This document shows, piece by piece, positions 39,039-46,491 of a stretch of 64,000 nucleotides of DNA (its first letter is position 1; every line of letters begins with the position of its first letter). This DNA comes from a virus. Under the pieces are notes generated by a model. It was given only the letters and a program-made list of their open reading frames with translations. It was not told the DNA's origin and ran no database searches. Location: positions 7,911 to 71,910 of the IMG/VR virus record IMGVR_UViG_3300012933_000221, one strand, 5' to 3'. The position numbers and the translations under genes were made by a program.

Positions 39039-39109
39039 ATGGCAAAATTTAAAGCACACCACCCTCGCTCAGTTCGTGCAACTGCACGTCGAGTTTTGAA
39101 AAAGAAATA
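39039..39109 (+). CDS. Small highly basic peptide (23 aa)
   Basis: Sequence MAKFKAHHPRSVRATARRVLKKK. Its stop overlaps the next ATG. Confidence 0.25.
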
Positions 39110-39724
39110 ATGCACGTAATTCCATTATTTGCAAATCCGTTAGGATGGGATATGCTTGATTTGGATAATGATGCTCTAGCAGAGTATTGTTATCAACAAG
39201 AGCATACTTCACTCGATCCAAGGACTGCACTTGGTTGGCAAAGTAACTTAGTTGATACGTCAGCTGAACAGTTAGCTCCACTAGTTGAAGAAATAAAAAT
39301 CAAGTTGCAAGATGCAACTCATTTGTTTCCGGTCCTAGAAGAACATGCTCCTCAGATCACAACCAGTTGGATTAATGTTAATAAGCCAAACGGAATTTCT
39401 TTGCAGAATAATGTTGCACATTTGCATCCTGGAAGATTTTGGACATTTGTATACTATGTCAAAGCTGCTCCAGGTTGCGGAGATTTAACTTTAACTTCAC
39501 CTCTTAAAAACATGTTAAGTTATGCTATTCCAAATCAGGTTTATAGCAGATTAACTCCGTTTAATGCGCTCCAATGGACAGTAACTCCAGAGCCTGGCAA
39601 ACTAATTATGTTTCCAGGCTGGATTGAACACCAAGCGCAAGAGAACCGAAGTGATAGTGACAGAATAAGTATTGCTATAAACGCAGACTTACAAAATTTA
39701 AGTAAGATCCAGTATCCGACTTAA
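39110..39724 (+). CDS. 2OG-Fe(II) oxygenase superfamily protein (marine-phage-type)
   Basis: C-terminus LIMFPGWIEHQAQENRSDSDRISIAIN matches the FPSWLxHxV...RISxSFN pattern. Confidence 0.5.
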   Translation: MHVIPLFANPLGWDMLDLDNDALAEYCYQQEHTSLDPRTALGWQSNLVDTSAEQLAPLVEEIKIKLQDATHLFPVLEEHAPQITTSWINVNKPNGISLQNNVAHLHPGRFWTFVYYVKAAPGCGDLTLTSPLKNMLSYAIPNQVYSRLTPFNALQWTVTPEPGKLIMFPGWIEHQAQENRSDSDRISIAINADLQNLSKIQYPT

Positions 39725-39734
39725 ATACAAGATA

Positions 39735-40105
39735 GTTGTAATTCCTTTGGATAGAAGGCATTTTGGACGCGGGTTCGACTCCCGCCAGGTCCACCATTAA
39801 ACATACTCTTCCCTACCCTGGCTGGAACGGCTGTGCGGGGATAGGAGAACAGACCCGTTTGAGTATGTTTAATAATGGGCCTGCCATGGTTTCGACAGGG
39901 TGAGATATTGAAGACGGCAACTGAGTAGGCGATGACTCTAAATCAAGCAAATTAAAGTAAATGCTAACACATCTACATTCAAGCGTATCGAAGTTAACGT
40001 CGCCTTAAACGACGCTGAGTTCGCTCTAGCAGCCTAAGAAACTGCACTTGCGAGGTAGGACTTACCTTGTCATCCAAACAACCAGAACCCGCTTAGGCGG
40101 GTTTC
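39735..40105 (+). ncRNA. ssrA: tmRNA (ssrA), circularly permuted two-piece type
   Basis: Acceptor piece: T-arm GCGGG-TTCGACT-CCCGC, 3' strand CAGGTCC, ACCA (39769..39796). Coding piece starts GGGCCTGCCATGGTTTCGACAGGG at 39877, giving a 7-bp acceptor stem with G3:U. The tag ORF ANTSTFKRIEVNVALNDAEFALAA ends with TAA at 40035..40037. A terminal hairpin lies at 40087..40102. Confidence 0.7.
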
Positions 40106-40165
40106 TTTATGGTTGACACATTCTTCAAAATCGCTTATACTGTAGTTACACAGAAGGAGAAGTAT

Positions 40166-40372
40166 ATGGCCCAAGTTAAGTTCAATACAGTGTATCAAGT
40201 AGACATTATTGAAAGCGAGCGTGGTTGGGGCAGTAAAGTTGACGAAACACTTTACTTTGACAATCAAGCAGAAGCTGTCAAATATGCTGAAGACTACAAC
40301 AAAAAATATAACACCGCAACTGAAGTACCTGATTGGTATATGTATGCTCGTTACGCAGGTAAAGTTGGGTAA
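40166..40372 (+). CDS. Hypothetical protein
   Basis: AAGGAG SD before the ATG at 40166. Product is 68 aa. Confidence 0.4.
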   Translation: MAQVKFNTVYQVDIIESERGWGSKVDETLYFDNQAEAVKYAEDYNKKYNTATEVPDWYMYARYAGKVG

Positions 40373-40379
40373 ATACAAG

Positions 40380-40886
40380 ATGAAAATATACGAACTAAAC
40401 CAATCCGCAGATATTGTGCATAGAGCCAAAACTCTAGCTTCAAAATTACATGCTAACCAAAGATATGGAGTACATCCGTATATTGTTCACCTTGCGGCAG
40501 TTGCTCGAAAAGTACAAGAAGCGGGCGGATCTCCCGAACTGATTGCAGCAGCATGGCTTCATGATAGTTTGGAAGATACGCCGATTACACAAGACGAACT
40601 TCGTGACCAATTTGGCAATACTGTAGCAGATGTAGTTTGGGCAGTTACTGGTGAAGGTCACAATCGTAAAGCCAAATTGGCTAGCGTAATTGGAAAGATT
40701 GCAAATACGCCTGGTGCCGATCTAGTCAAAAGTGCAGATCGTTTGTGTAACACACAAGCATGTATCGACGACAAATTGGTTGACAAGGCTAGAATGTACA
40801 AAGGTGAACACGATCAATTGGGCCCTGTATTGGGAACTAATCCATTAGCCAGACAATTATATAAAATATTTGTCCAAATGGATTGA
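40380..40886 (+). CDS. Small alarmone hydrolase (RelA/SpoT-type HD domain)
   Basis: HANQRYGVHPYIVHLAAVARKV...AAAWLHDSLEDT matches the SpoT hydrolase motif AHxxQxRxSGEPYIxHP...AALLHDxxEDT. Confidence 0.55.
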   Translation: MKIYELNQSADIVHRAKTLASKLHANQRYGVHPYIVHLAAVARKVQEAGGSPELIAAAWLHDSLEDTPITQDELRDQFGNTVADVVWAVTGEGHNRKAKLASVIGKIANTPGADLVKSADRLCNTQACIDDKLVDKARMYKGEHDQLGPVLGTNPLARQLYKIFVQMD

Positions 40887-40975
40887 CTCAGGACTGTTTC
40901 GACGTTATAATTAACACATAAATAAAAAAGCAATGCGATAGACGCAAAGCTGACATACTTAGAAAGGATTTTTCT

Positions 40976-41995
40976 ATGTCAAAAGAATATGGTACCCTTG
41001 TCCTTATTGGACGTTTTCAACCCTTACACAATGCTCACTTAGAGATTATCAAACGTGCAACCGCACTGACAGATAACTTAGTGATTATTACAGGTTCGGC
41101 TGCTCAACCCCGCACTTACAAAAACCCGTTCACTAGTGCCGAACGGGCGCAAATGATTAAAGCCGCAACAGGCGGTCTTGCAATGCAAATTCACATTGAA
41201 GAAAATGTGGACACTATCTACAATGACCAAGCATGGGCAGTTCGTGTTCAAGGCATTGTAAGCAAATATCGAATCCTTGGCACAAAGACTGCTGTCATTG
41301 GTCACAAGAAGGATGAAAGCTCATTCTACTTAGACATGTTCCCTCAATGGGGCTATGTTGATATTGAAGAAATCGAGCCATTGAGTGCCGTTAACATTCG
41401 CGACCTGTACTTCCGTCGTGATGCTAACATGAACTTCATTAAGGCAGTTGTGCCGCAAAGTACATTTGTCTACTTAGATGCTTTTAAAGATACTGCTGAG
41501 TACGAACAAATTATCCGCGAACGTGAGTTCGTTGAAACTTACAAGAAGCAATATGCCTCATTGCCTTACCCACCGATCTTCAGTACTGCTGACGCAGTTG
41601 TAATCCAAAGCGGACACATCTTGCTGATCAAACGCCGCGCTGAGCCCGGTAAAGGCTTGTGGGCACTGCCCGGCGGTTACGTCAACGCTAACACTGACAA
41701 GTCAGTTGAAGATGCTGCCATTCGTGAGTTGCGTGAAGAAACTATGATTAAGGTTCCTGCTCCTGTGTTGCGTGGTAGCATTGTGCGCAGTAAGGTGTTT
41801 GACGCAGTTGATCGTAGTCCACGTGGACGTATTATTACACACGCCTTTTACATTCAACTGCCCGACGGCGAGTTGCCTAAAGTAAAAGGTAGCGACGATG
41901 CAGAGAAAGCCCGTTGGGTTCCTATTGCAGAGGTCAAGAGCGAAGAGTGCTTTGAAGACCACTACGAAATTATTCAACACTTCTTAGGTGCGTAA
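40976..41995 (+). CDS. nadM: Bifunctional NMN adenylyltransferase / Nudix hydrolase (NadM-Nudix, NatV-like)
   Basis: N-terminal GRFQPLHNAH nucleotidyltransferase motif. C-terminal Nudix box GLWALPGGYV...AIRELREETMI. Confidence 0.75.
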   Translation: MSKEYGTLVLIGRFQPLHNAHLEIIKRATALTDNLVIITGSAAQPRTYKNPFTSAERAQMIKAATGGLAMQIHIEENVDTIYNDQAWAVRVQGIVSKYRILGTKTAVIGHKKDESSFYLDMFPQWGYVDIEEIEPLSAVNIRDLYFRRDANMNFIKAVVPQSTFVYLDAFKDTAEYEQIIREREFVETYKKQYASLPYPPIFSTADAVVIQSGHILLIKRRAEPGKGLWALPGGYVNANTDKSVEDAAIRELREETMIKVPAPVLRGSIVRSKVFDAVDRSPRGRIITHAFYIQLPDGELPKVKGSDDAEKARWVPIAEVKSEECFEDHYEIIQHFLGA

Positions 41996-42173
41996 AATGA
42001 GTCAATATGATATCACAGTTAAGATACGTGTTACTGTTGACAATGGCGGCGGCATGACAGCAGCAGAGTGGGCCAACTACATTGCCAAGTCATACGCTGA
42101 AATGGCACTGAAGTATAAAAGTATTGGCGCTGATGAAGTTGTTCATGTTGATGTGGAGGCTGTATGCAAATAA
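41988..42173 (+). CDS. Small hypothetical protein
   Basis: Product of 61 aa. Confidence 0.35.
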   Translation: MRKMSQYDITVKIRVTVDNGGGMTAAEWANYIAKSYAEMALKYKSIGADEVVHVDVEAVCK

Positions 42174-42415
42174 TTAAATGTTGGGACATTCAAACGTGGG
42201 ATGGTGGTGACCGCCACAATCACAAGTACTATGTCAAGACTGAAGAAGACGCTCGTGCATGGTTGGAAAAGAACAAGTATGATGCGATTTACGAACGCGA
42301 GTTTGTTATCCTTGATGACTTAACCGAAGTCGAAGCGTTCAAGAATGGCCAGCTTCGTAAGCAAGCATTGGCTAAACTAACTGATGCTGAAAAAGTTGTA
42401 CTGGGGTTAAAGTGA
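42164..42415 (+). CDS. Small hypothetical protein
   Basis: Product of 83 aa. Confidence 0.35.
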   Translation: MQIIKCWDIQTWDGGDRHNHKYYVKTEEDARAWLEKNKYDAIYEREFVILDDLTEVEAFKNGQLRKQALAKLTDAEKVVLGLK

Positions 42416-42609
42416 TGGTAACAGTTGTAAGCACAGTTCCGCATCCAAGTGTAGTCAAAGAAACTATCTGCAAGAACTGCGGTGCTACATTACAATATGT
42501 GCCCGTGGATATCAAGCGTGAAGAAAGTAGAGACTACACTGGCGGACTAGATGTGTATCATTATATCAAGTGTCCCCCATGTGGTGATAAAGTTTATGTT
42601 AAAAGGTAA
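42412..42609 (+). CDS. Zinc-ribbon protein
   Basis: CKNCG ... CPPCG in 65 aa. Confidence 0.4.
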   Translation: MMVTVVSTVPHPSVVKETICKNCGATLQYVPVDIKREESRDYTGGLDVYHYIKCPPCGDKVYVKR

Positions 42610-42614
42610 TTAAA

Positions 42615-43076
42615 ATGAAGACAGTAAAAGGTGATTTGTTAGCAATGGCTAAAGCAGGAGACTTTGACATTATTGTTCAAGGTTGTAATTGTCACAACGT
42701 GATGGGCAGTGGTATTGCTCGTCAAATTCGAGATCAGTTTCCCGATGCATGGCTTGCTGATCAAGAAACATTGTCAGGTGATCGTAACAAGTTGGGCCGT
42801 TATACTATTGGTATGGGCGGACGCTTGGTTGTAATTAATGCCTATACACAGTATAATACTGCTAAGTTCCCAGGGCAGGATGTTTTTGAATACAACAGTT
42901 TTGAAAACATTTTGGAAAATCTAGTTGCCCGTTTTGGTAAATATCGAATCGGTTTGCCAATGATTGGAATGGGTTTGGCAGGAGGAGATCCTGCTCGAAT
43001 TATGCCCATGTTGGAAAAGTTCGCAGAGCAAATGGCTGAAAATGGCGGCTCTGCTACATTGGTTGAATTTGGTTAA
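42615..43076 (+). CDS. Macro-domain-like (ADP-ribose binding/processing) protein
   Basis: GDLLAMAKAGDFDIIVQGCNCHNVMGSGIA ... IGLPMIGMGLAGGDP fits macro-domain topology. Confidence 0.5.
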   Translation: MKTVKGDLLAMAKAGDFDIIVQGCNCHNVMGSGIARQIRDQFPDAWLADQETLSGDRNKLGRYTIGMGGRLVVINAYTQYNTAKFPGQDVFEYNSFENILENLVARFGKYRIGLPMIGMGLAGGDPARIMPMLEKFAEQMAENGGSATLVEFG

Positions 43077-43090
43077 TATAGGAAAATAAA

Positions 43091-43291
43091 ATGGCTGATT
43101 TTTTGGAAGACGCAGAAGCAACAACCAATTTGCTACTGCAAGAGGCATTGCGTAACAGAGCAAAAGTACCAGATAAAACTGGCTTCTGTTTGGCTTGTGA
43201 TGAGCCGACTGAAGGTGCATTTTGCTCAGGTGAATGCCGAGAAGATTACGAACGAATTGCCCGATTGAAGGCAATTAGTGGTAAGAAATAG
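43091..43291 (+). CDS. Small C4 zinc-finger protein
   Basis: CLAC-x9-CSGEC. Ends with one of the rare TAG stops. Confidence 0.4.
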   Translation: MADFLEDAEATTNLLLQEALRNRAKVPDKTGFCLACDEPTEGAFCSGECREDYERIARLKAISGKK

Positions 43292-43320
43292 TTGACGTAG
43301 AAACGGTTTTACGTTATACT
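43292..43320 (+). promoter_or_regulatory. Sigma70-like promoter (TTGACG-17-TATACT)
   Basis: Upstream of nadV. Confidence 0.45.
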
Positions 43321-43373
43321 ATAAACAAGTCCAAGCGATAGACGCCTGGCAATTTAAATAAAGGAACTTTATT

Positions 43374-44777
43374 ATGAAACTCGCTCAAAACATTATCTTA
43401 AACACTGACTCTTACAAAGTGTCGATGTTCAAACAATACCCAGCAGGTACTACAGGTGTATACTCGTATATCGAGAGTCGCGGGGGCCGTTACGATCGAA
43501 CAGTTATGTTCGGACTCCAGGCTTTTATCAAAGAATACTTACTCGAACCAATCACTCAATCAGACATTGATATTGCTGACGAAATCCTTACCGCACACGG
43601 TGAGCCTTTCCCTCGAGCCATGTGGCAACACATTCTTGACAAGCACAATGGATACCTCCCAGTTGTTATCCGAGCAGTTGCTGAAGGTACGGTTGTACCA
43701 GTTTCAAACGTTCTCGCAACTATTGAAAACACAGACCCAGAATGCTTCGCGTTAACTACATGGTTAGAAACAGCCTTGCTTCGTGCAGTTTGGTATGGTA
43801 CTACTGTAGCCACACAAAGCTGGACTATTAAACAAGTCATTAAAGACTATTTGGAGAAATCAGGTGACGTTACTGGGCTCGATTTTAAGTTGCACGATTT
43901 CGGTGCTCGTGGTGTTTCTAGCATGGAATCAGCGGGTATCGGAGGTGCGGCACACTTGGTTAACTTCATGGGTAGTGATACTATTACTGGTGTTCTGTAT
44001 GCTCGCGAATACTATGGTGCTGGGGTTGCAGGTTTTTCTATCCCTGCCGCTGAACACTCAACAATCACTAGTTGGGGCCGTGATGGTGAAGTAAAAGCCT
44101 ATAGCAACATGGTTGCACAGTTCGGCAAGCCCGGCGCTATTGTTGCAGTTGTGTCTGATAGCTACGACATCTACGAAGCATGTAAAATGTGGAGTACCGG
44201 TGACTTGAAACAACAAGTTATCGATTCGGGTGCTACTGTTGTTATCCGTCCTGACTCTGGCGATCCTGTTGATGTGTTGCCTAAGATGATTGCTATCCTT
44301 GGACAAGGCTTTGGTTTTACTAAGAACAGCAAAGGCTACAAAGTACTCAACAATGTGCGTTTGATCTGGGGTGATGGTATTAACATCCAAAGCATCCAAG
44401 CTATTATGCGTATTGTAGTAGACTTGAATGGCTGGAGTGCTGATAACCTTGCGTTTGGTATGGGCGGTGCATTGCTCCAACAAGTGGACCGCGATACTCA
44501 AAAGTTCGCTATGAAATGTTCGAGTGCGGAAATTAACGGTAAATGGGTCGATGTAATGAAAGATCCAGTTACTGACACTGGCAAGCGAAGCAAGGCAGGT
44601 CGTGTTCAACTTTGGACTAACAGTGGTGGTGAGTTTGCTTCTAGCGTAACTGCTCCTACTGGTTGGACTGATAAAGGCATTGGTGGTTGGGTTCCTGCAC
44701 TGCAAGAAGTCTACCGCGATGGTAAACTTGTCAAAGAAATGTCCTTTGATGAAGTTCGAGCAAACGCTCGCAAATAA
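43374..44777 (+). CDS. nadV: Nicotinamide phosphoribosyltransferase (NadV/NAMPT)
   Basis: Full-length NAPRTase-family type II fold. Product is 467 aa. Confidence 0.85.
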   Translation: MKLAQNIILNTDSYKVSMFKQYPAGTTGVYSYIESRGGRYDRTVMFGLQAFIKEYLLEPITQSDIDIADEILTAHGEPFPRAMWQHILDKHNGYLPVVIRAVAEGTVVPVSNVLATIENTDPECFALTTWLETALLRAVWYGTTVATQSWTIKQVIKDYLEKSGDVTGLDFKLHDFGARGVSSMESAGIGGAAHLVNFMGSDTITGVLYAREYYGAGVAGFSIPAAEHSTITSWGRDGEVKAYSNMVAQFGKPGAIVAVVSDSYDIYEACKMWSTGDLKQQVIDSGATVVIRPDSGDPVDVLPKMIAILGQGFGFTKNSKGYKVLNNVRLIWGDGINIQSIQAIMRIVVDLNGWSADNLAFGMGGALLQQVDRDTQKFAMKCSSAEINGKWVDVMKDPVTDTGKRSKAGRVQLWTNSGGEFASSVTAPTGWTDKGIGGWVPALQEVYRDGKLVKEMSFDEVRANARK

Positions 44778-44791
44778 GTTATAAAGACTTA

Positions 44792-44820
44792 TTGACAGGA
44801 CCTCCGGGTCCTGTTATAAT
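44792..44820 (+). promoter_or_regulatory. Sigma70-like promoter (TTGACA-17-TATAAT) with a spacer hairpin CAGGACC-tccg-GGTCCTG
   Basis: Consensus hexamers. A perfect 7-bp hairpin fills the spacer. Confidence 0.5.
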
Positions 44821-44858
44821 TAACGCACTTAGAAACACAGTATTGAAAGAGAATTTTA

Positions 44859-45950
44859 ATGTCATACTTTTTGAAATCAGGTAACACTTTCCGAGTCTCT
44901 GCTAAAGAGGCAATGGACATCCGTGAGCAACTGCCTGCTGGCAACTATGTTGTCAAAGAGATGCCTATGGATGGCCCACTTTACCTTGAAATGATTGATA
45001 GCTTCGAAGTCAAGGGCAAGAAGTACGGTGACTTGAATAAGAACACAGATCGTATTCTTAATACATTTATGAGCCGTCCTGCTAGTACTGGCGTAATGCT
45101 TGCTGGCGAAAAAGGTTCTGGTAAGAGCTTGCTGGCAAAGAACTTGTCAATTGAAGCGGCTGCTCGAATGGGCATTCCTACTATTGTTATCAACGCACCT
45201 TGGGTCGGTGACAAGTTCAACAGCTTTATCCAAAGCATTGAACAGCCTGTTGTGATCTTGTTTGACGAGTTCGAAAAGGTCTATGATTCCGACGATCAAG
45301 AAAAGGCACTAACATTGCTTGACGGTGTATTCCCAAGCAAGAAGTTGTTTGTCCTTACTTGTAACGACAAGTGGCGTGTGGATCAACACATGCGCAACCG
45401 TCCAGGCCGTATCTTCTACATGTTGGACTACAAAGGTCTTGACTCAGCGTTCATTACTGAATACTGTAATGACAACCTCAAGCCAGCCTTGTTGAAGCAC
45501 ACAGAGAAGCTGTGCCAAATTGCCAGCTTGTTTGCTCAGTTTAACTTTGACATGTTGAAAGCCACTGTCGAAGAAATGAACCGCTACGATGAAGAACCAC
45601 AAGACGCTCTGCGTATGTTGAACGTCAAGCCAGAGTTCGACGGTGGCAACAAATTCGACATCAAGGTTATCCGAAACGGTGAAGAACTGAAGGACGACGA
45701 ATTGGAAAGCAACCAATGGAGTGGTAACCCACTTCAGAGCAATGTTCGTATCCACTACAAGGACTACGAAGATGAAAAGGATTCTGACGGCGACTACCCT
45801 TGGGATTGGACAAATGTCACTTTCAGTGCCGCAGACTTGACCAAGATTGACAGCAACGCTGGCAAGTTCGTGTTCGTGGCAAAGGACGGAACTACTTTGG
45901 TCCTTAACAAGGTCAAAGAAAAGTCTTTTAGCTACTACGATGCATTTTAA
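44859..45950 (+). CDS. AAA+ ATPase
   Basis: Walker A LAGEKGSGKSLLAKNL, Walker B VVILFDEFEK and sensor region CNDKW. Confidence 0.6.
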   Translation: MSYFLKSGNTFRVSAKEAMDIREQLPAGNYVVKEMPMDGPLYLEMIDSFEVKGKKYGDLNKNTDRILNTFMSRPASTGVMLAGEKGSGKSLLAKNLSIEAAARMGIPTIVINAPWVGDKFNSFIQSIEQPVVILFDEFEKVYDSDDQEKALTLLDGVFPSKKLFVLTCNDKWRVDQHMRNRPGRIFYMLDYKGLDSAFITEYCNDNLKPALLKHTEKLCQIASLFAQFNFDMLKATVEEMNRYDEEPQDALRMLNVKPEFDGGNKFDIKVIRNGEELKDDELESNQWSGNPLQSNVRIHYKDYEDEKDSDGDYPWDWTNVTFSAADLTKIDSNAGKFVFVAKDGTTLVLNKVKEKSFSYYDAF

Positions 45951-45976
45951 CCCAAAATGCTAATCAAAACCCGGTG

Positions 45977-46005
45977 TTGACACATCGGGTTTTTTCTTGT
46001 ATAAT
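45977..46005 (+). promoter_or_regulatory. Sigma70-like promoter (TTGACA-17-TATAAT) overlapping an upstream terminator hairpin
   Basis: CCCGGTG-ttgaca-CATCGGG hairpin plus a T-run, with the -35 hexamer in the loop. The conserved leader ATACATAGAAACAAAGAAAG follows. Confidence 0.5.
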
Positions 46006-46033
46006 TAATACATAGAAACAAAGAAAGTCCAAA

Positions 46034-46438
46034 ATGGAATTCCTAGTCAAGGGCAGTAAACGAAACAAGAAGTTTGTTGAAGCGATCCTTCCTAGTTTAA
46101 TTGATCAATTGAATTTGGCTAATAGCCGAAAAGCAGTAGTAGTCCAAATTGAAGACGACGGCACTGATAATATGGGTTCAACTATTCCTGTAGATGCACT
46201 TGACTCCTATATTGTTGTTATTAAACCACATCGTAAACTTAAAGATATTGGATTTACCCTTGCCCACGAAATGGTGCATGTGCGCCAAATGGCAAAGGGA
46301 ATTTTGAAGCCAGCTAAAAATGGCACGATTTGGGCAGGCAAACACTACGGTAAGAAAACCAAATATTTGGAAATGCCGTGGGAATTAGATGCTTTCGCCA
46401 AACAAGAAATTCTTTTTAGAAAAGCTATTGACGCATAA
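46034..46438 (+). CDS. SprT-like / HExxH zinc metallopeptidase-like protein (paralogue of 1391..1795)
   Basis: TLAHEMVHVRQM. Same 134-aa length as the paralogue. Confidence 0.4.
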   Translation: MEFLVKGSKRNKKFVEAILPSLIDQLNLANSRKAVVVQIEDDGTDNMGSTIPVDALDSYIVVIKPHRKLKDIGFTLAHEMVHVRQMAKGILKPAKNGTIWAGKHYGKKTKYLEMPWELDAFAKQEILFRKAIDA

Positions 46439-46456
46439 GTCAAAAGACGTTATAAT
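46428..46456 (+). promoter_or_regulatory. Sigma70-like promoter (TTGACG-17-TATAAT)
   Basis: The -35 lies within the end of the upstream CDS. The leader ACATACAGACACACAATAGAAAG precedes rIIA. Confidence 0.45.
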
Positions 46457-46491
46457 ACTAACATACAGACACACAATAGAAAGACTTTTAC

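Noticed and set aside
39750-39797. Stand-alone tRNA ending ...GGTTCGACTCCCGCCAGGTCCACCA
   Set aside because: No complementary 5' acceptor strand lies upstream. The complementary strand is 80 nt downstream at the start of a tmRNA body, so this is the acceptor piece of a permuted tmRNA.
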